Source: a bacterium
GTDB lineage: Bacteria > Elusimicrobiota > JBDRMW01 > JBDROU01
Direction: 5' to 3'
Assembly (NCBI GenBank): GCA_043809745.1
Contig: JBDROU010000073.1
Coordinates: 98,218 to 162,217 of the forward strand
DNA length: 64,000 nt
The notes below the pieces were generated by a model. It was given only the letters and a program-made list of their open reading frames with translations, was not told where the DNA came from and did no database searches. Shown here in pieces: positions 27,763 through 38,211 of this stretch. The position numbers and the translations under genes are program-made. Positions within the stretch are counted from its first letter, which is position 1; each line of letters opens with the position of its first letter.

Positions 27763-29863
27763 TAATATAATTGCGGAAGTAGCTCTCCCTTTACCAATAG
27801 AGAGAAATTTCTACTATATATATCCTTCCAACACTTTAGAGCTAAAATCTATCGGCTGCAAAGTAAAGGTATCTTTTGGAAGGAGATCACTGATAGGAAT
27901 TATCGTGCAGCTTCTTTATGCCGATGAGCTTGCAGGCAAACTGCCGAAAGAGATCAAACCGATTGAAAAAATCTTCTTTGATCAGCAAGGCATAACAGAA
28001 GAATTGCTGAGTCTGTCAAAATGGATGTCGGAATATTATTGCTGTTCAAGAGGTGAAGCTCTGGCAAGCATATTTCCGGTAAGCGGGTACAGCCGTATCC
28101 CAAAAAAACTTAGCGCAGATTCATATAATACTTTTGATTTGAATCCTGCGGAACCAATTGAGCTTTCTCAAGAGCAGTCGGTTGTTTTTAATAATCTGCT
28201 TAGTTCTATAAAAGCTGATGCTGAAGAAACGTCGCTGCTTTACGGGGTGACAGGTTCAGGGAAAACTGAGATTTATTTAAAGCTTATAAAAGAGATATTA
28301 AAAGATGGCTACTCTGCGATATTCCTCCTTCCTGAGATATCCCTTACGCCTCAATTTATAAAAAGATGTTATGAGCATTTCTCTAATAATGTTGTGTTAT
28401 GGCATAGCAGGTTAACGCGTCAGCAAAGATTTAAAGCATGGCATGAATTAGCCGCAGGTGAAAAGAGGGTTGTCTTAGGTGTGAGATCCGCAATTTTTGC
28501 ACCTCTAAAACGGATCAAGCTAATAGTCATAGACGAAGAGCAGGAAGATACATATAAACAGGAAAGTAAACCTATGTATCATACTCGTGAGGTGGCGATA
28601 AGAAGGGCCAAGCATCATAGGGCTGTTGTGGTGCTTGGAAGCGCAACCCCTGATGTTGTCAGCTTCCATAAAGCCCGCACGCATGAATATTCACTTAATG
28701 TGCTAAAGGAACGCTTTGGAAAGATATCCATGCCAAATATACAGTTGATAGATTTGAAGAGAGGATCTATAGGAAGAACCCAGGCTTTAATTTCAAGAGA
28801 ATTAGAGGGTTCAATTAAAACGCGGTTGGCCCGCAGGGAGCAGATAATATTGTTTCTAAATAGGAGGGGTTTTGCACCTCACAGTATGTGTCCGCGCTGC
28901 GGTTGGATAGCAAAATGCCCAAGGTGTTTGATATCTCTGGTTAAACATGAAACATGGTCAACCAAAATTGCGCCATACCATCATTATCAGTTCAGCGAAT
29001 CTAAAGAAGAGCATTTCAGACAAAAGGTGCATCAGAAAGATATAGAGGGCCACCTCAGATGTCATCTTTGCGGATTTTTCAGGGATATACCCAAAAAATG
29101 CCCGGAATGCAATAGCGATCATCTGGTATTTTTTGGAATCGGCACTCAAAAACTGGAAAAGGAGCTAAGAAGGCTATTCCCTGAAGCAAGGATGTTTAGG
29201 ATGGATTATGATACTACCAGGGAAAGAGATATTCATATGAAGATTTATAAGGATTTTTTAAATGAGAAATTTGATATCCTGCTCGGAACTCAGATGATAA
29301 GCAAGGGATTCGATTTCCCGCGTGTTACATTGGTCGGGATTGTGGATGCCGATATTCTTCTTCATATGCCGGATTTTAGGGCCGCGGAAAAAACCTTTAG
29401 AATGATTATACAGGTTGCAGGAAGAGCTGGGAGGAGGGATATCCCTGGAGAGGTTTTGGTACAAACCTACTATCCAGAACATTTTGTTTTACAGCTTGCT
29501 AAACAGCACAATTACGAAGCATTCTTCGATTATGAGATTAAGTCGCGTGAATATTTTAGATATCCTCCCTTTACTGAGATTATAAATATTATTGTTCAAG
29601 GCAAAAATGAGGAGGAGGTAATAAGACAAAGTGAAGAATTGGCTTCGTCTATTAATTCTTTTATTAGCGATAAAGCATCAACAAGCGAGCTGTCCGGTCC
29701 TTCCCCTGCTTTAAGGCCTCTCTTTAAGGGTCAGTTTAGATGGCAGATGATACTGCGCACAAAAAGTGAATATAAATATATCTGGTCAAGTTTCTTTAAG
29801 AATGTAAAAATTAAAAATTCGCTTAAATTAGCTGTTGATGTAGATCCGCAGCAGCTGATGTAG
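27734..29863 (+). CDS. priA: Primosomal protein N' (replication restart helicase)
   Basis: GVTGSGKTE.Y, PEISLTPQ, DEEQ, four CxxC, GTQMISKG.DFP, QVAGRAGR, DVDP. Confidence 0.96.
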   Translation: MMLSNKFLHNNIIAEVALPLPIERNFYYIYPSNTLELKSIGCKVKVSFGRRSLIGIIVQLLYADELAGKLPKEIKPIEKIFFDQQGITEELLSLSKWMSEYYCCSRGEALASIFPVSGYSRIPKKLSADSYNTFDLNPAEPIELSQEQSVVFNNLLSSIKADAEETSLLYGVTGSGKTEIYLKLIKEILKDGYSAIFLLPEISLTPQFIKRCYEHFSNNVVLWHSRLTRQQRFKAWHELAAGEKRVVLGVRSAIFAPLKRIKLIVIDEEQEDTYKQESKPMYHTREVAIRRAKHHRAVVVLGSATPDVVSFHKARTHEYSLNVLKERFGKISMPNIQLIDLKRGSIGRTQALISRELEGSIKTRLARREQIILFLNRRGFAPHSMCPRCGWIAKCPRCLISLVKHETWSTKIAPYHHYQFSESKEEHFRQKVHQKDIEGHLRCHLCGFFRDIPKKCPECNSDHLVFFGIGTQKLEKELRRLFPEARMFRMDYDTTRERDIHMKIYKDFLNEKFDILLGTQMISKGFDFPRVTLVGIVDADILLHMPDFRAAEKTFRMIIQVAGRAGRRDIPGEVLVQTYYPEHFVLQLAKQHNYEAFFDYEIKSREYFRYPPFTEIINIIVQGKNEEEVIRQSEELASSINSFISDKASTSELSGPSPALRPLFKGQFRWQMILRTKSEYKYIWSSFFKNVKIKNSLKLAVDVDPQQLM

Positions 29864-29893
29864 TTTAATCTTTAATATGTCTGACATTTCATT

Positions 29894-32164
29894 ATGAAAG
29901 ATAATTTACTTAATAAATTGCTTAATTCATATTTTCTCGTAATTCCTTTATTAGGTGTATTTTTTGTGTTTCTTTATACACTCTATGGCAGTATCGCCCC
30001 TTATCGGGATAGCGGAGATTTGATTGTTTCAAGTTTTACGTTAGGGATAGCTCATCCGCCGGGTTATTTCTTATACACAATTCTTGGTAAGTTATTTATC
30101 AATCTGATACCCTGGGGAAATATTGCTTATAGAGTTCAAATATATTCTGCGCTTTTTGCTTCCCTAAACGGGATAATGATTGTTGTTATATTAAAAGAGA
30201 TATTAAAGTCTTACTCAAATGAAGGAATTAAGACAGATTGGATTCTTTCGGGTTTCATTATTACCGGATTAATATCAGTATTTACACCCGCGATGTGGTC
30301 GCTTTCTCAAGTTGCTGAGATGTATACTCAACAGGCAGCAATGAGTCTTTTTATTGTTTGGTTAGTATTAAAATTCTATCTTTCAAGATCAGGATTTATT
30401 AATTTTGAATATATTTATCTGGCTTCATTTATGTTTGGACTGACATTAGGGATGCATCAAACAGTTATATTTTTCATGCCAGGTTATCTGTATATTATTA
30501 TTAAAAAACTATATTTATGCAGAAGTAATTTGTCCAAGATGAATGTTGTTGGATTGGCAGGTGTCAGTATGTTAATGTTTATATTGGGTTTAAGTTTGTA
30601 TATTTATGCGCCTTTAAGATCTTTCCAAGAGCCGGTAATGGATTGGGGAAATCCAGAGAATATTAGGAATTTTTGGCGATTAATATCTAGAGCAGATTAT
30701 GGCATGTTTAAGCTTCATCCTGAGGAAAGCGCTATTATTAGTTCTTTCAATAATATTTTTGTTCAAATAAAGTATTTTTACTTAAATTTAATAAAGCAAT
30801 TTAACCCGGTTTTTATTTTGGTTGCTATTCTGGGAATATGGCAGAGTTATAGAGCAGGATTATTTGGCTTCCTCTTTATGTTGTTTGTTATTTCAGGCCC
30901 GGTATTCAGTCTTGCCGCTAACCTTCCTGTGCATGAGAGAACATCATATCCGATACTCGAGCCGAATATGATTTTGCCAAGTTTAGTAATAGCTTTATGG
31001 ATTGGAATGGCGTTCCCTTTTATAAATAGATTATCTAAAAGTTTGAAGGTTCCTTTGTATATCTTGATAGCAGGATTAATTATTCTTCATATTTTAGTAA
31101 AATTTCCTAATTACAACCGCAGAGATAATTTTTTAGCGCATGATTACGGCAGGAATATATTTCGTTCTTTAGAAAAGAATTCATTCATATTTGATCCGGA
31201 CGATTCGACTACTTTTATTACTGAATATCTGTCAAAAGTCCATTCGCTTAGGTTAGATGTTATGAAGATGGTGCTATTCAGAACAAGATGGGGCGCCGAG
31301 CGGCTTACACGCCTTTACCCTGAATATATGCCAGAACACATCCAATCTAATGCGCAAGAGTATTTGAATGAGTTTTTCAGAAAAAATATTTCTGTTGTGC
31401 CAATATATGCAGACTTGCCGCTCAAAGTGCCGGATCAATTTGATTATTTTCCTCAGGGCATAATGTATCGCTTGCTTAAAAGAGAAAAAAATCATTCTGT
31501 GGAAAGATTATATAAACGCTCAAATGATTTATGGAATTTTTATAACGTTAGGCTTACTTTAGGAGCGCTCAATCAAAAGGATTTCTTTAATGAGCAGATA
31601 CTTGCCTATTATATGTCGGGTTGCAATAATTTAGGTTTAAGATATGCTTCTGCGGGTGATTACAGCCAGGCGTTGAGAAGATACCATAAAGCGCTTGTTT
31701 TTGATATAGATTTCTATGAAGTATATAATAATATAGGTATAATCTATTTTTATAGGAGAGAGTTTGAACGCGCGCTGTATTATTTTAACTTGGCAAAAAC
31801 AAAAGATCCAAATGAGCCGACATTAGACTATAATATCGGATTGGTATATAGGGATAAAAAGGAGTTTAATGAGGCATTATATCATTTGTCTAAAGCAGAA
31901 ACTGCTCCAGCATTAAATGAGATGGGGTATATTTGTCTTATTCAGAATGATTTAACAACGGCAGAACAGCACTTTCTAAGAGCAATACGTCTTAAAAAGG
32001 AATATACAATCCCGTATTATAACCTTGGGGTAGTATATGAAAAGAATAAGGAGTATCAGCTAGCTGAGAAATATTATAAAATGTATAAAGATATTGTTGC
32101 TGACGAAAATGAGAAAAAACTGGCAGATCTAAAAATTAAGGGGTTGTATATACAAAAACAATAA
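29894..32164 (+). CDS. DUF2723/TMEM260-like membrane glycosyltransferase with C-terminal TPRs
   Basis: DSGDL....LGIAHPPGY.LY, AEMY, WG.P; many TM helices; TPR tail. Confidence 0.85.
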   Translation: MKDNLLNKLLNSYFLVIPLLGVFFVFLYTLYGSIAPYRDSGDLIVSSFTLGIAHPPGYFLYTILGKLFINLIPWGNIAYRVQIYSALFASLNGIMIVVILKEILKSYSNEGIKTDWILSGFIITGLISVFTPAMWSLSQVAEMYTQQAAMSLFIVWLVLKFYLSRSGFINFEYIYLASFMFGLTLGMHQTVIFFMPGYLYIIIKKLYLCRSNLSKMNVVGLAGVSMLMFILGLSLYIYAPLRSFQEPVMDWGNPENIRNFWRLISRADYGMFKLHPEESAIISSFNNIFVQIKYFYLNLIKQFNPVFILVAILGIWQSYRAGLFGFLFMLFVISGPVFSLAANLPVHERTSYPILEPNMILPSLVIALWIGMAFPFINRLSKSLKVPLYILIAGLIILHILVKFPNYNRRDNFLAHDYGRNIFRSLEKNSFIFDPDDSTTFITEYLSKVHSLRLDVMKMVLFRTRWGAERLTRLYPEYMPEHIQSNAQEYLNEFFRKNISVVPIYADLPLKVPDQFDYFPQGIMYRLLKREKNHSVERLYKRSNDLWNFYNVRLTLGALNQKDFFNEQILAYYMSGCNNLGLRYASAGDYSQALRRYHKALVFDIDFYEVYNNIGIIYFYRREFERALYYFNLAKTKDPNEPTLDYNIGLVYRDKKEFNEALYHLSKAETAPALNEMGYICLIQNDLTTAEQHFLRAIRLKKEYTIPYYNLGVVYEKNKEYQLAEKYYKMYKDIVADENEKKLADLKIKGLYIQKQ

Positions 32165-32197
32165 AAATTATTTTTATTTTAAGAGAGATAAATCAAT

Positions 32198-32710
32198 ATG
32201 GCAATAAGAAAAATAAGAAAATTCGGCGATAATGTCCTGAAGCAGAAAACCAAAAAAGTAGGGAATATCGATGAACAAATACAGGAATTAGTTAAGGATT
32301 TATTCCATACTATGTATAATGCTCCCGGGGTGGGATTGGCTGCCAATCAAATAGGAGTTCCTTTGCAGGTTGCGGTTATAGATGTAATGCCTGAAGGGAG
32401 AAGCAAGCCAATGGTTTTTATTAATCCGGTTATTAAAGAAAAATATGGCAATATATGCGAGGAAGAGGGCTGTTTATCTGTGCCGGGGATTTTTGCAAAG
32501 GTTAAGAGGTCTGCGAAGGTTAAGATATGGGCTTTGGATGAAAATGGCAGGGAATTTACCATAACACTTGATGGAATTTCCGCAAGAGCAATTGAACATG
32601 AAATAGATCATCTTAATGGAGTTGTATTTGTAGATAGGCTTACTCCTTTAAAAAAAATAAAAGCCAGATTAATGATAAGGAAATTGAAACGTCATGGGCA
32701 ATGGAAATAG
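32198..32710 (+). CDS. def: Peptide deformylase
   Basis: GVGLAANQIG, EGCLS, HEIDHLNG. Confidence 0.97.
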   Translation: MAIRKIRKFGDNVLKQKTKKVGNIDEQIQELVKDLFHTMYNAPGVGLAANQIGVPLQVAVIDVMPEGRSKPMVFINPVIKEKYGNICEEEGCLSVPGIFAKVKRSAKVKIWALDENGREFTITLDGISARAIEHEIDHLNGVVFVDRLTPLKKIKARLMIRKLKRHGQWK

Positions 32711-32712
32711 AT

Positions 32713-33669
32713 ATGGGTGATAAAGAAAAAAAGCTTAAGGTTGTTTTTTTTGGAACGCCTGCTTCGGTTATCCCGTTTATGGAATATCTATATGCTAATG
32801 AGTTGCTTTCGGGAGTAGTTACGCAACCATCAAAATTGGCAGGGAGGGGATTTCAGTTAAAAGTATCTCCGGTTGGGAAGTATGCCATGGAATTAAACAT
32901 TGCGCATTTTCAGCCTGAAAAACTTAATGATCCTTCTTTTATAAATTCGCTTGTTGATTTGAAACTTGATTTAGGAGTAGTTGCAGCTTTCGGTAGAAAG
33001 ATACCTAGTGAATGTCTGGAGGCAGCCAGGGAGGGATTTGTAAATATCCATTACTCACTTTTGCCGAAGTATAGGGGGCCTGCGCCTATACAGCATACAC
33101 TTCTTAATGAGGAAGAATTCGCGGGAGTTACTATATTTTATCTGTCGGAACAGATAGATGAGGGGCCCATATTTGTGCAGCAAAAAATACCAATATTCCC
33201 GGAGGATGATTATATCAGTTTAGAGGATAAACTAACTAATTTAGGGTTGGAACTGCTTAAAGATGTTTTGGAAAAAATAAAAGCTAAGAATATAAGAACA
33301 TATCATCAAACTGGAACGCCTTCCAAAGCCCCATTAATAAAAAAGGAAAACGGGAGAATTGATTGGAATACAAATGCAGCGCATATAGTTGCTGCTGCTA
33401 AAGCATTTATATTGTGGCCAAATGTTTTTTTTCTAATGGGCAATGGGAACATTGTAAAAGTACTGCAGGCATCAATAATAAAGCCTGTTAGTGACAAAAA
33501 TTATAAAATAGGCGAAATAATAGGTCTTGTGAGAGATAAAGGATTTGTGGTAAAATGCCGAAATAGTTCTGTTTTGATTGAAACTGTTCATCCTCAAGGA
33601 AAACAAAAAATGTCTGGTTGGGCATTTTGGCAGGGAGCCAGGCTGAAAATTGGAGATGTATTGAGATGA
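32713..33669 (+). CDS. fmt: Methionyl-tRNA formyltransferase
   Basis: VVFFGTP, VVTQP, NIHYSLLPKYRGPAPIQ, D.GP; follows def. Confidence 0.95.
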   Translation: MGDKEKKLKVVFFGTPASVIPFMEYLYANELLSGVVTQPSKLAGRGFQLKVSPVGKYAMELNIAHFQPEKLNDPSFINSLVDLKLDLGVVAAFGRKIPSECLEAAREGFVNIHYSLLPKYRGPAPIQHTLLNEEEFAGVTIFYLSEQIDEGPIFVQQKIPIFPEDDYISLEDKLTNLGLELLKDVLEKIKAKNIRTYHQTGTPSKAPLIKKENGRIDWNTNAAHIVAAAKAFILWPNVFFLMGNGNIVKVLQASIIKPVSDKNYKIGEIIGLVRDKGFVVKCRNSSVLIETVHPQGKQKMSGWAFWQGARLKIGDVLR

Positions 33670-33718
33670 CATTTGAAGAAGATATGTAATTTCTGAAGAT
33701 CAAAAGAGAAGGGGAAGC

Positions 33719-34339
33719 ATGAATTACTTATTATATATTACTGCCGCTATTATCATTGTGCTTTTTGCGCATGCAATTTTGATTGCGCTTACAATTCTTA
33801 GAAATAAAAATTTCCTTTTTATAAAAAATTATAATATAAAATCTATCGCCCATTTTTTTTGGTTATTCAGGATACTAATGCTGCTTAAGGTATTTAACAG
33901 GAGATTGATGGGATATTTTATCAACATCAACAATAAACTTGTTAAAATTTTTAGTTATAACAAAAAACACAGTAATGTTCTTATTGTACTGCCCAGATGT
34001 TTGCAGTATCAATCTTGCGCGCAAGCAGTTGTAGAATCAGTGGAAAATTGTAAAATATGCGGGAAATGCGATCTTGCTGAAATAAAAAAAACAAACTCGG
34101 CTAGTTTTGCTAATATTCTTGTTGCAACCGGAGGTGAGATTGCGAAGAGTTTTGTTAGTAAGCTTAACCCGGATTTTGTAATAGCTATCGCTTGCGAACG
34201 GGAAATATTCCATGGTTTGGCTGAGGTGACAACAATTCCAGTATTTGCTATTATAAATTATCAGCCGGAAGGACCATGCAAAAATACTCGTGTAGATGTC
34301 GGAATTTTGAAAGAAGCATTGGCAGTTGCAGGGATTTAG
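33719..34339 (+). CDS. DUF116 domain protein
   Basis: LPRCLQ..C, C..CG.C, VATGG, AIACERE, GPC.NT.VD. Confidence 0.9.
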   Translation: MNYLLYITAAIIIVLFAHAILIALTILRNKNFLFIKNYNIKSIAHFFWLFRILMLLKVFNRRLMGYFININNKLVKIFSYNKKHSNVLIVLPRCLQYQSCAQAVVESVENCKICGKCDLAEIKKTNSASFANILVATGGEIAKSFVSKLNPDFVIAIACEREIFHGLAEVTTIPVFAIINYQPEGPCKNTRVDVGILKEALAVAGI

Positions 34340-34400
34340 TATTAAAAGTGAATAAATGTTATAAAAGTTACAAAAATTTCTTACAAGAGTAGGGTATCGC

Positions 34401-35360
34401 ATGAAAAAATATGTTTTGATGGGTATAGAAATTGGTATTACTTTATTTTTTGTAATTCTTTTATCTTATTTTATGTTTAACTGGTTAATGAATAAGGTTA
34501 TACATAGCAAACAAGAGGTCTTTGTGCCGGATGTTCAAGGAGAGTCGCTGGCAAAAGCGCTTGATATGTTGTCTGAACAAGATCTCGCACTTAAAAAAGT
34601 CGGGGAAGAATTCAACAGTTCGTTGCCTGCAAAGTCTGTTATAAGACAAAATCCGCTTCCGGGAGTGAGCATTCGTAAGGATAGGGCTGTAAAAGTAGTT
34701 CTAAGTATAGGTGGCGAGGTAGAACAAGTTCCTGATTTAATAGGGAAGTCATTACGTGAGGCAGAGATTGAATTGAGGCAAATTTATCTAACTCTTGGAG
34801 AGATTTCATATAAGTATTCTTTAATATTTAAGAAGGATGAAATTGTGAGCCATGATCCACCACCAGGCAGTATTACGGATAAAGGATATTTAGTTAATAT
34901 AGTGATATCCCGCGGCATGCCGCCGGACTCATTAGTGCTTATGCCGGATTTTTCAACCAAAAAAATAAGTGAAGCTAAGATATGGGCAGAGCAAAAAAGC
35001 ATAAAAATAGATTCAATAATTGAGGATTATGATTCGGTGGCTAATAAGGATGTAATTATAGAGCAAGAACCTAAACCGGATACGGTTATAACAGAAAAGG
35101 GTAAAATAAATTTTGTTGTTGGTACCAGGACAGAGGTATACAGTAATATTGGCGATAAGTATTTTGAATATGAGGTTCCGAAGGGATCTGATGATCGCAA
35201 AATTAAGATAGTGTTAAAAGATGAGAACCGAGAGAAAGTGCTATTTCAAGGTAAAAAAAACTCTGGCGCTAAAATAAAAATACCTTATAATTCAACGCCG
35301 AATGCGAGGATCAGAGTTTTTGTTAACGGGATGTTGGTTGATGAACGTTCGGTAGAGTGA
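34401..35360 (+). CDS. PASTA domain-containing protein
   Basis: N-terminal TM and three PASTA repeats (VPDV.G, VPDLIG, MPDF). Confidence 0.9.
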   Translation: MKKYVLMGIEIGITLFFVILLSYFMFNWLMNKVIHSKQEVFVPDVQGESLAKALDMLSEQDLALKKVGEEFNSSLPAKSVIRQNPLPGVSIRKDRAVKVVLSIGGEVEQVPDLIGKSLREAEIELRQIYLTLGEISYKYSLIFKKDEIVSHDPPPGSITDKGYLVNIVISRGMPPDSLVLMPDFSTKKISEAKIWAEQKSIKIDSIIEDYDSVANKDVIIEQEPKPDTVITEKGKINFVVGTRTEVYSNIGDKYFEYEVPKGSDDRKIKIVLKDENREKVLFQGKKNSGAKIKIPYNSTPNARIRVFVNGMLVDERSVE

Positions 35361-35424
35361 TTTTAGCTATATCTTCGCCGCATGCAGATTCCTAATTTTT
35401 TCTTAAAGATTTTATAAGAGATCT

Positions 35425-36267
35425 CTATAAGGATATGGTTTTTCCTTCTCGAGCGCCGAAGCAGATTTGTTTTCCGACTTTTTTTTCCGCAACTTTATTA
35501 TGCTGTTTAACTATAGAATCAATTTTTCTATCTGAATATTCAGGGTCATAATGAAAAAATGCAAGGCGTTTTACTGCGGCTTTTACAGCCAATTCTAACG
35601 CTGATTCGAAGCATGAATGACCCCAGCCTATTTTTGCTTTGTATTCCTCTTTAGTATACATAGTATCGTGCACTAGCAGGTCTGCATTTTCGCAAAATTT
35701 TACCAATCCTGTAAAAAATTCCTTGTTGTAATTTGGATAAGAGATTTCATTGTCAGTCATATAAATAAATGTTTTGCCTTTTTCTGTAAACTTGTACGCA
35801 GACGTCCTGTCAGGATGATTAGTAAAAAAGATTTCTATTTTGGCATCCCCAATCTTAAATTTACTCTTCACTGGTTTTGAGAATTGTATTCTGGAAGGAA
35901 GATTCTCGTAAGTTACCGGAAAATAGGGGCGTTTTAGTAAATCCAGAAAGCTCTGCCTAAGTATTTCCTTTGTTATAGTGTTGCTTACAATTGTGAATAC
36001 ATTATCCTTTTTGTATAGAGGCAAAAAAAATGGTATGCCTTGAATATGATCCCAGTGAGAATGAGTTATAAAAATATATGCGTTAGTTGTAGAACCGCTT
36101 TTTAAAAGCTCTAATCCAAGCTTTCGGATTCCTGTCCCTGCATCGAGTATAATAAATTCTCCTGAATTTAATTTAAGGCTTACGCATGGCGTGTTCCCGC
36201 CATATTTTATGGTTGCTCTTCCAGGCGCGGGAATTGAGCCCCGAGTCCCCCAAAAAGTTATTTTCAT
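35425..36267 (-). CDS. MBL-fold metallo-hydrolase (phosphodiesterase-like)
   Basis: WGTRGSIP.PG....YGGNT.C, DAGTG, THSHWDHIQG, TDNE, WGHS, FHYDP. Confidence 0.9.
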   Translation of the reverse strand: MKITFWGTRGSIPAPGRATIKYGGNTPCVSLKLNSGEFIILDAGTGIRKLGLELLKSGSTTNAYIFITHSHWDHIQGIPFFLPLYKKDNVFTIVSNTITKEILRQSFLDLLKRPYFPVTYENLPSRIQFSKPVKSKFKIGDAKIEIFFTNHPDRTSAYKFTEKGKTFIYMTDNEISYPNYNKEFFTGLVKFCENADLLVHDTMYTKEEYKAKIGWGHSCFESALELAVKAAVKRLAFFHYDPEYSDRKIDSIVKQHNKVAEKKVGKQICFGAREGKTISL

Positions 36268-36428
36268 GTTTTGCCTCCTGCATAATAGTATATATAAAAT
36301 AATTATAATTTCAATGAAATTCTCTAAAATTTATATAACAATATTATCAGCCAAATCTGGTATGGAGTTTTTCGTTTATCTTTTATATAATCATATAGTT
36401 GCGATTTGTTTGAAATGTATAGGGGAAA

Positions 36429-38126
36429 ATGGATAAGATTAAGATACTAATAGCTGAAAACAATACAGATATAATCGAAGCAACAAAAGCAATTCTGGAA
36501 TATAAGGGATATATTGTAATTATTGCCAAAAGCGGGCTAGAAGCACAAGTTCTGATTGAGAAGGAGTTGCCGCAGTTAATTATTTTAGATTTGAACCTGC
36601 CTGATATTAACAGTAATGAGATATGCAGAAAGCTTAAAGGTGATTCTCTTTCACAAATAGTGCCAATTATCGCGCTTACAGGAAAAGGCGAACTGGAAGA
36701 GAAGGTTTCAATTCTTGAATCCGGGGCGGATGATTTTATTACCAAACCCTTTGATTTAGCAGAACTTGTAGCAAGGGTAAATACTATTATAAGAAGGAAC
36801 TATTATAATCTTGATGCAAGCCCGCTTACGCGCCTCCCCGGTAATCAAAGTATTATACGAAAGATAGAAGAGCATATTATGCACCAGGATCCGTTTGCGG
36901 TTAGTTATTTAGATCTTAACAATTTTAAGGCATTTAATGATAAGTATGGATTTTCTAAAGGTGATGATATTATTAAGAGAACTGCTCAAATAATTGTTGA
37001 GGTGTTAAAAGAAATTGGAGAATCTGAAGATTTTGTTGGTCACATAGGAGGAGATGATTTTATTGTTATCTCCAGACCCAATAAAATAGATCAAATCTGT
37101 CTTCAAATAATTGATTATTTTGAAAGAACGATTGGCAGTTTTTATGATCAATCTGATGTTGCTCAAGGAGGTATAGTTGTCGAAGATAGGCTTGGCAGGG
37201 TATCTACTTTCCCTATTATGTCAATTTCAATAGGAACGATTACAAATGATAACACAAAACTTACCCATATCGGCCAAATTTCCGCTTTGGCAAGCGAACT
37301 AAAAAAATATGCCAAATCGTTTCAAGGAAGCGCGTATGTGAAAGACAGAAGGATACAGGAGCATTCAGTTGTTAACGTTGATCCCAGCATGTCTAAGAAA
37401 GAATCCGTTGATAGGATAGGGCTTTTGAATAATATTCTCGAAGATAGATTGATAGACATACTTTTACAGCCTATAGTTGCGCTTAAAACTGATGAAATTT
37501 TTGGCCATGAAGCTTTCTGCAGAGGGCCGAAGGGAACGTCCCTGGAATATCCGGATGAGTTATTCAGAGTAGCCAGAATAATGGATTATGTCTGGGAACT
37601 TGATCGTATTTGTATGCAAAAGTCTTTAGTTGTTGTCCGTAAATTGAAAAAAAATATAAAATACTTCATTAACATTGCTCCCGAAACTTGGCTTAATCCT
37701 AAGACCAAAGGCAAGGACTTCTTTTCTAATATGATACTTAATCCTAACAATATATTCTTTGAAATTCAGGTGAACGATCTTATTTCAGACTTTAATCATT
37801 ATAAACAGGCGTGCGATTATTTCTGTTCTAAGGGATTCGGATTGGCCGTAGATGATGTAGGTGATGTTGGCGTGAAGACATTGGGACACATCAAGGATTT
37901 ATGTCCAAACTATATCAAGTTGGACATATCTTTGATTAGAGATATTCACAAGGATTCTGTGAAACAAAACACGGTTGGCATATTGATTGATATTTTCAAA
38001 AACGGAGAAATAAAACTGATAGCAGAACAAGTTGAAACTGCTGAGGAAAAAGAATATCTCAAAAAAGCCGGCATTGATTATGCTCAAGGATATCTATTTG
38101 CGAGGCCGGAGAAGCTGGAGGAATAA
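36429..38126 (+). CDS. Response regulator with GGDEF and EAL domains
   Basis: REC (LD, KPF); PLTRLPGN, FK.FND.YG...GD, HIGGDDF; EAL-type QPIV..EAF.R, DDVG, KLD, AE.VE, QGY. Confidence 0.9.
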   Translation: MDKIKILIAENNTDIIEATKAILEYKGYIVIIAKSGLEAQVLIEKELPQLIILDLNLPDINSNEICRKLKGDSLSQIVPIIALTGKGELEEKVSILESGADDFITKPFDLAELVARVNTIIRRNYYNLDASPLTRLPGNQSIIRKIEEHIMHQDPFAVSYLDLNNFKAFNDKYGFSKGDDIIKRTAQIIVEVLKEIGESEDFVGHIGGDDFIVISRPNKIDQICLQIIDYFERTIGSFYDQSDVAQGGIVVEDRLGRVSTFPIMSISIGTITNDNTKLTHIGQISALASELKKYAKSFQGSAYVKDRRIQEHSVVNVDPSMSKKESVDRIGLLNNILEDRLIDILLQPIVALKTDEIFGHEAFCRGPKGTSLEYPDELFRVARIMDYVWELDRICMQKSLVVVRKLKKNIKYFINIAPETWLNPKTKGKDFFSNMILNPNNIFFEIQVNDLISDFNHYKQACDYFCSKGFGLAVDDVGDVGVKTLGHIKDLCPNYIKLDISLIRDIHKDSVKQNTVGILIDIFKNGEIKLIAEQVETAEEKEYLKKAGIDYAQGYLFARPEKLEE

Positions 38127-38211
38127 AGGGCTAAAATATTTTATTCTGCTGAAGTAAAATTTTTTGTAATATATATAAAAGGGAGTTAGCTCTTAAAGGC
38201 GGTAAATTAGG

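Noticed and set aside
29041-29075. CHLC/CxxC motifs as a cytochrome c substrate for ResB/CcsA
   Set aside because: They are PriA zinc ligands, not CxxCH motifs in an exported protein
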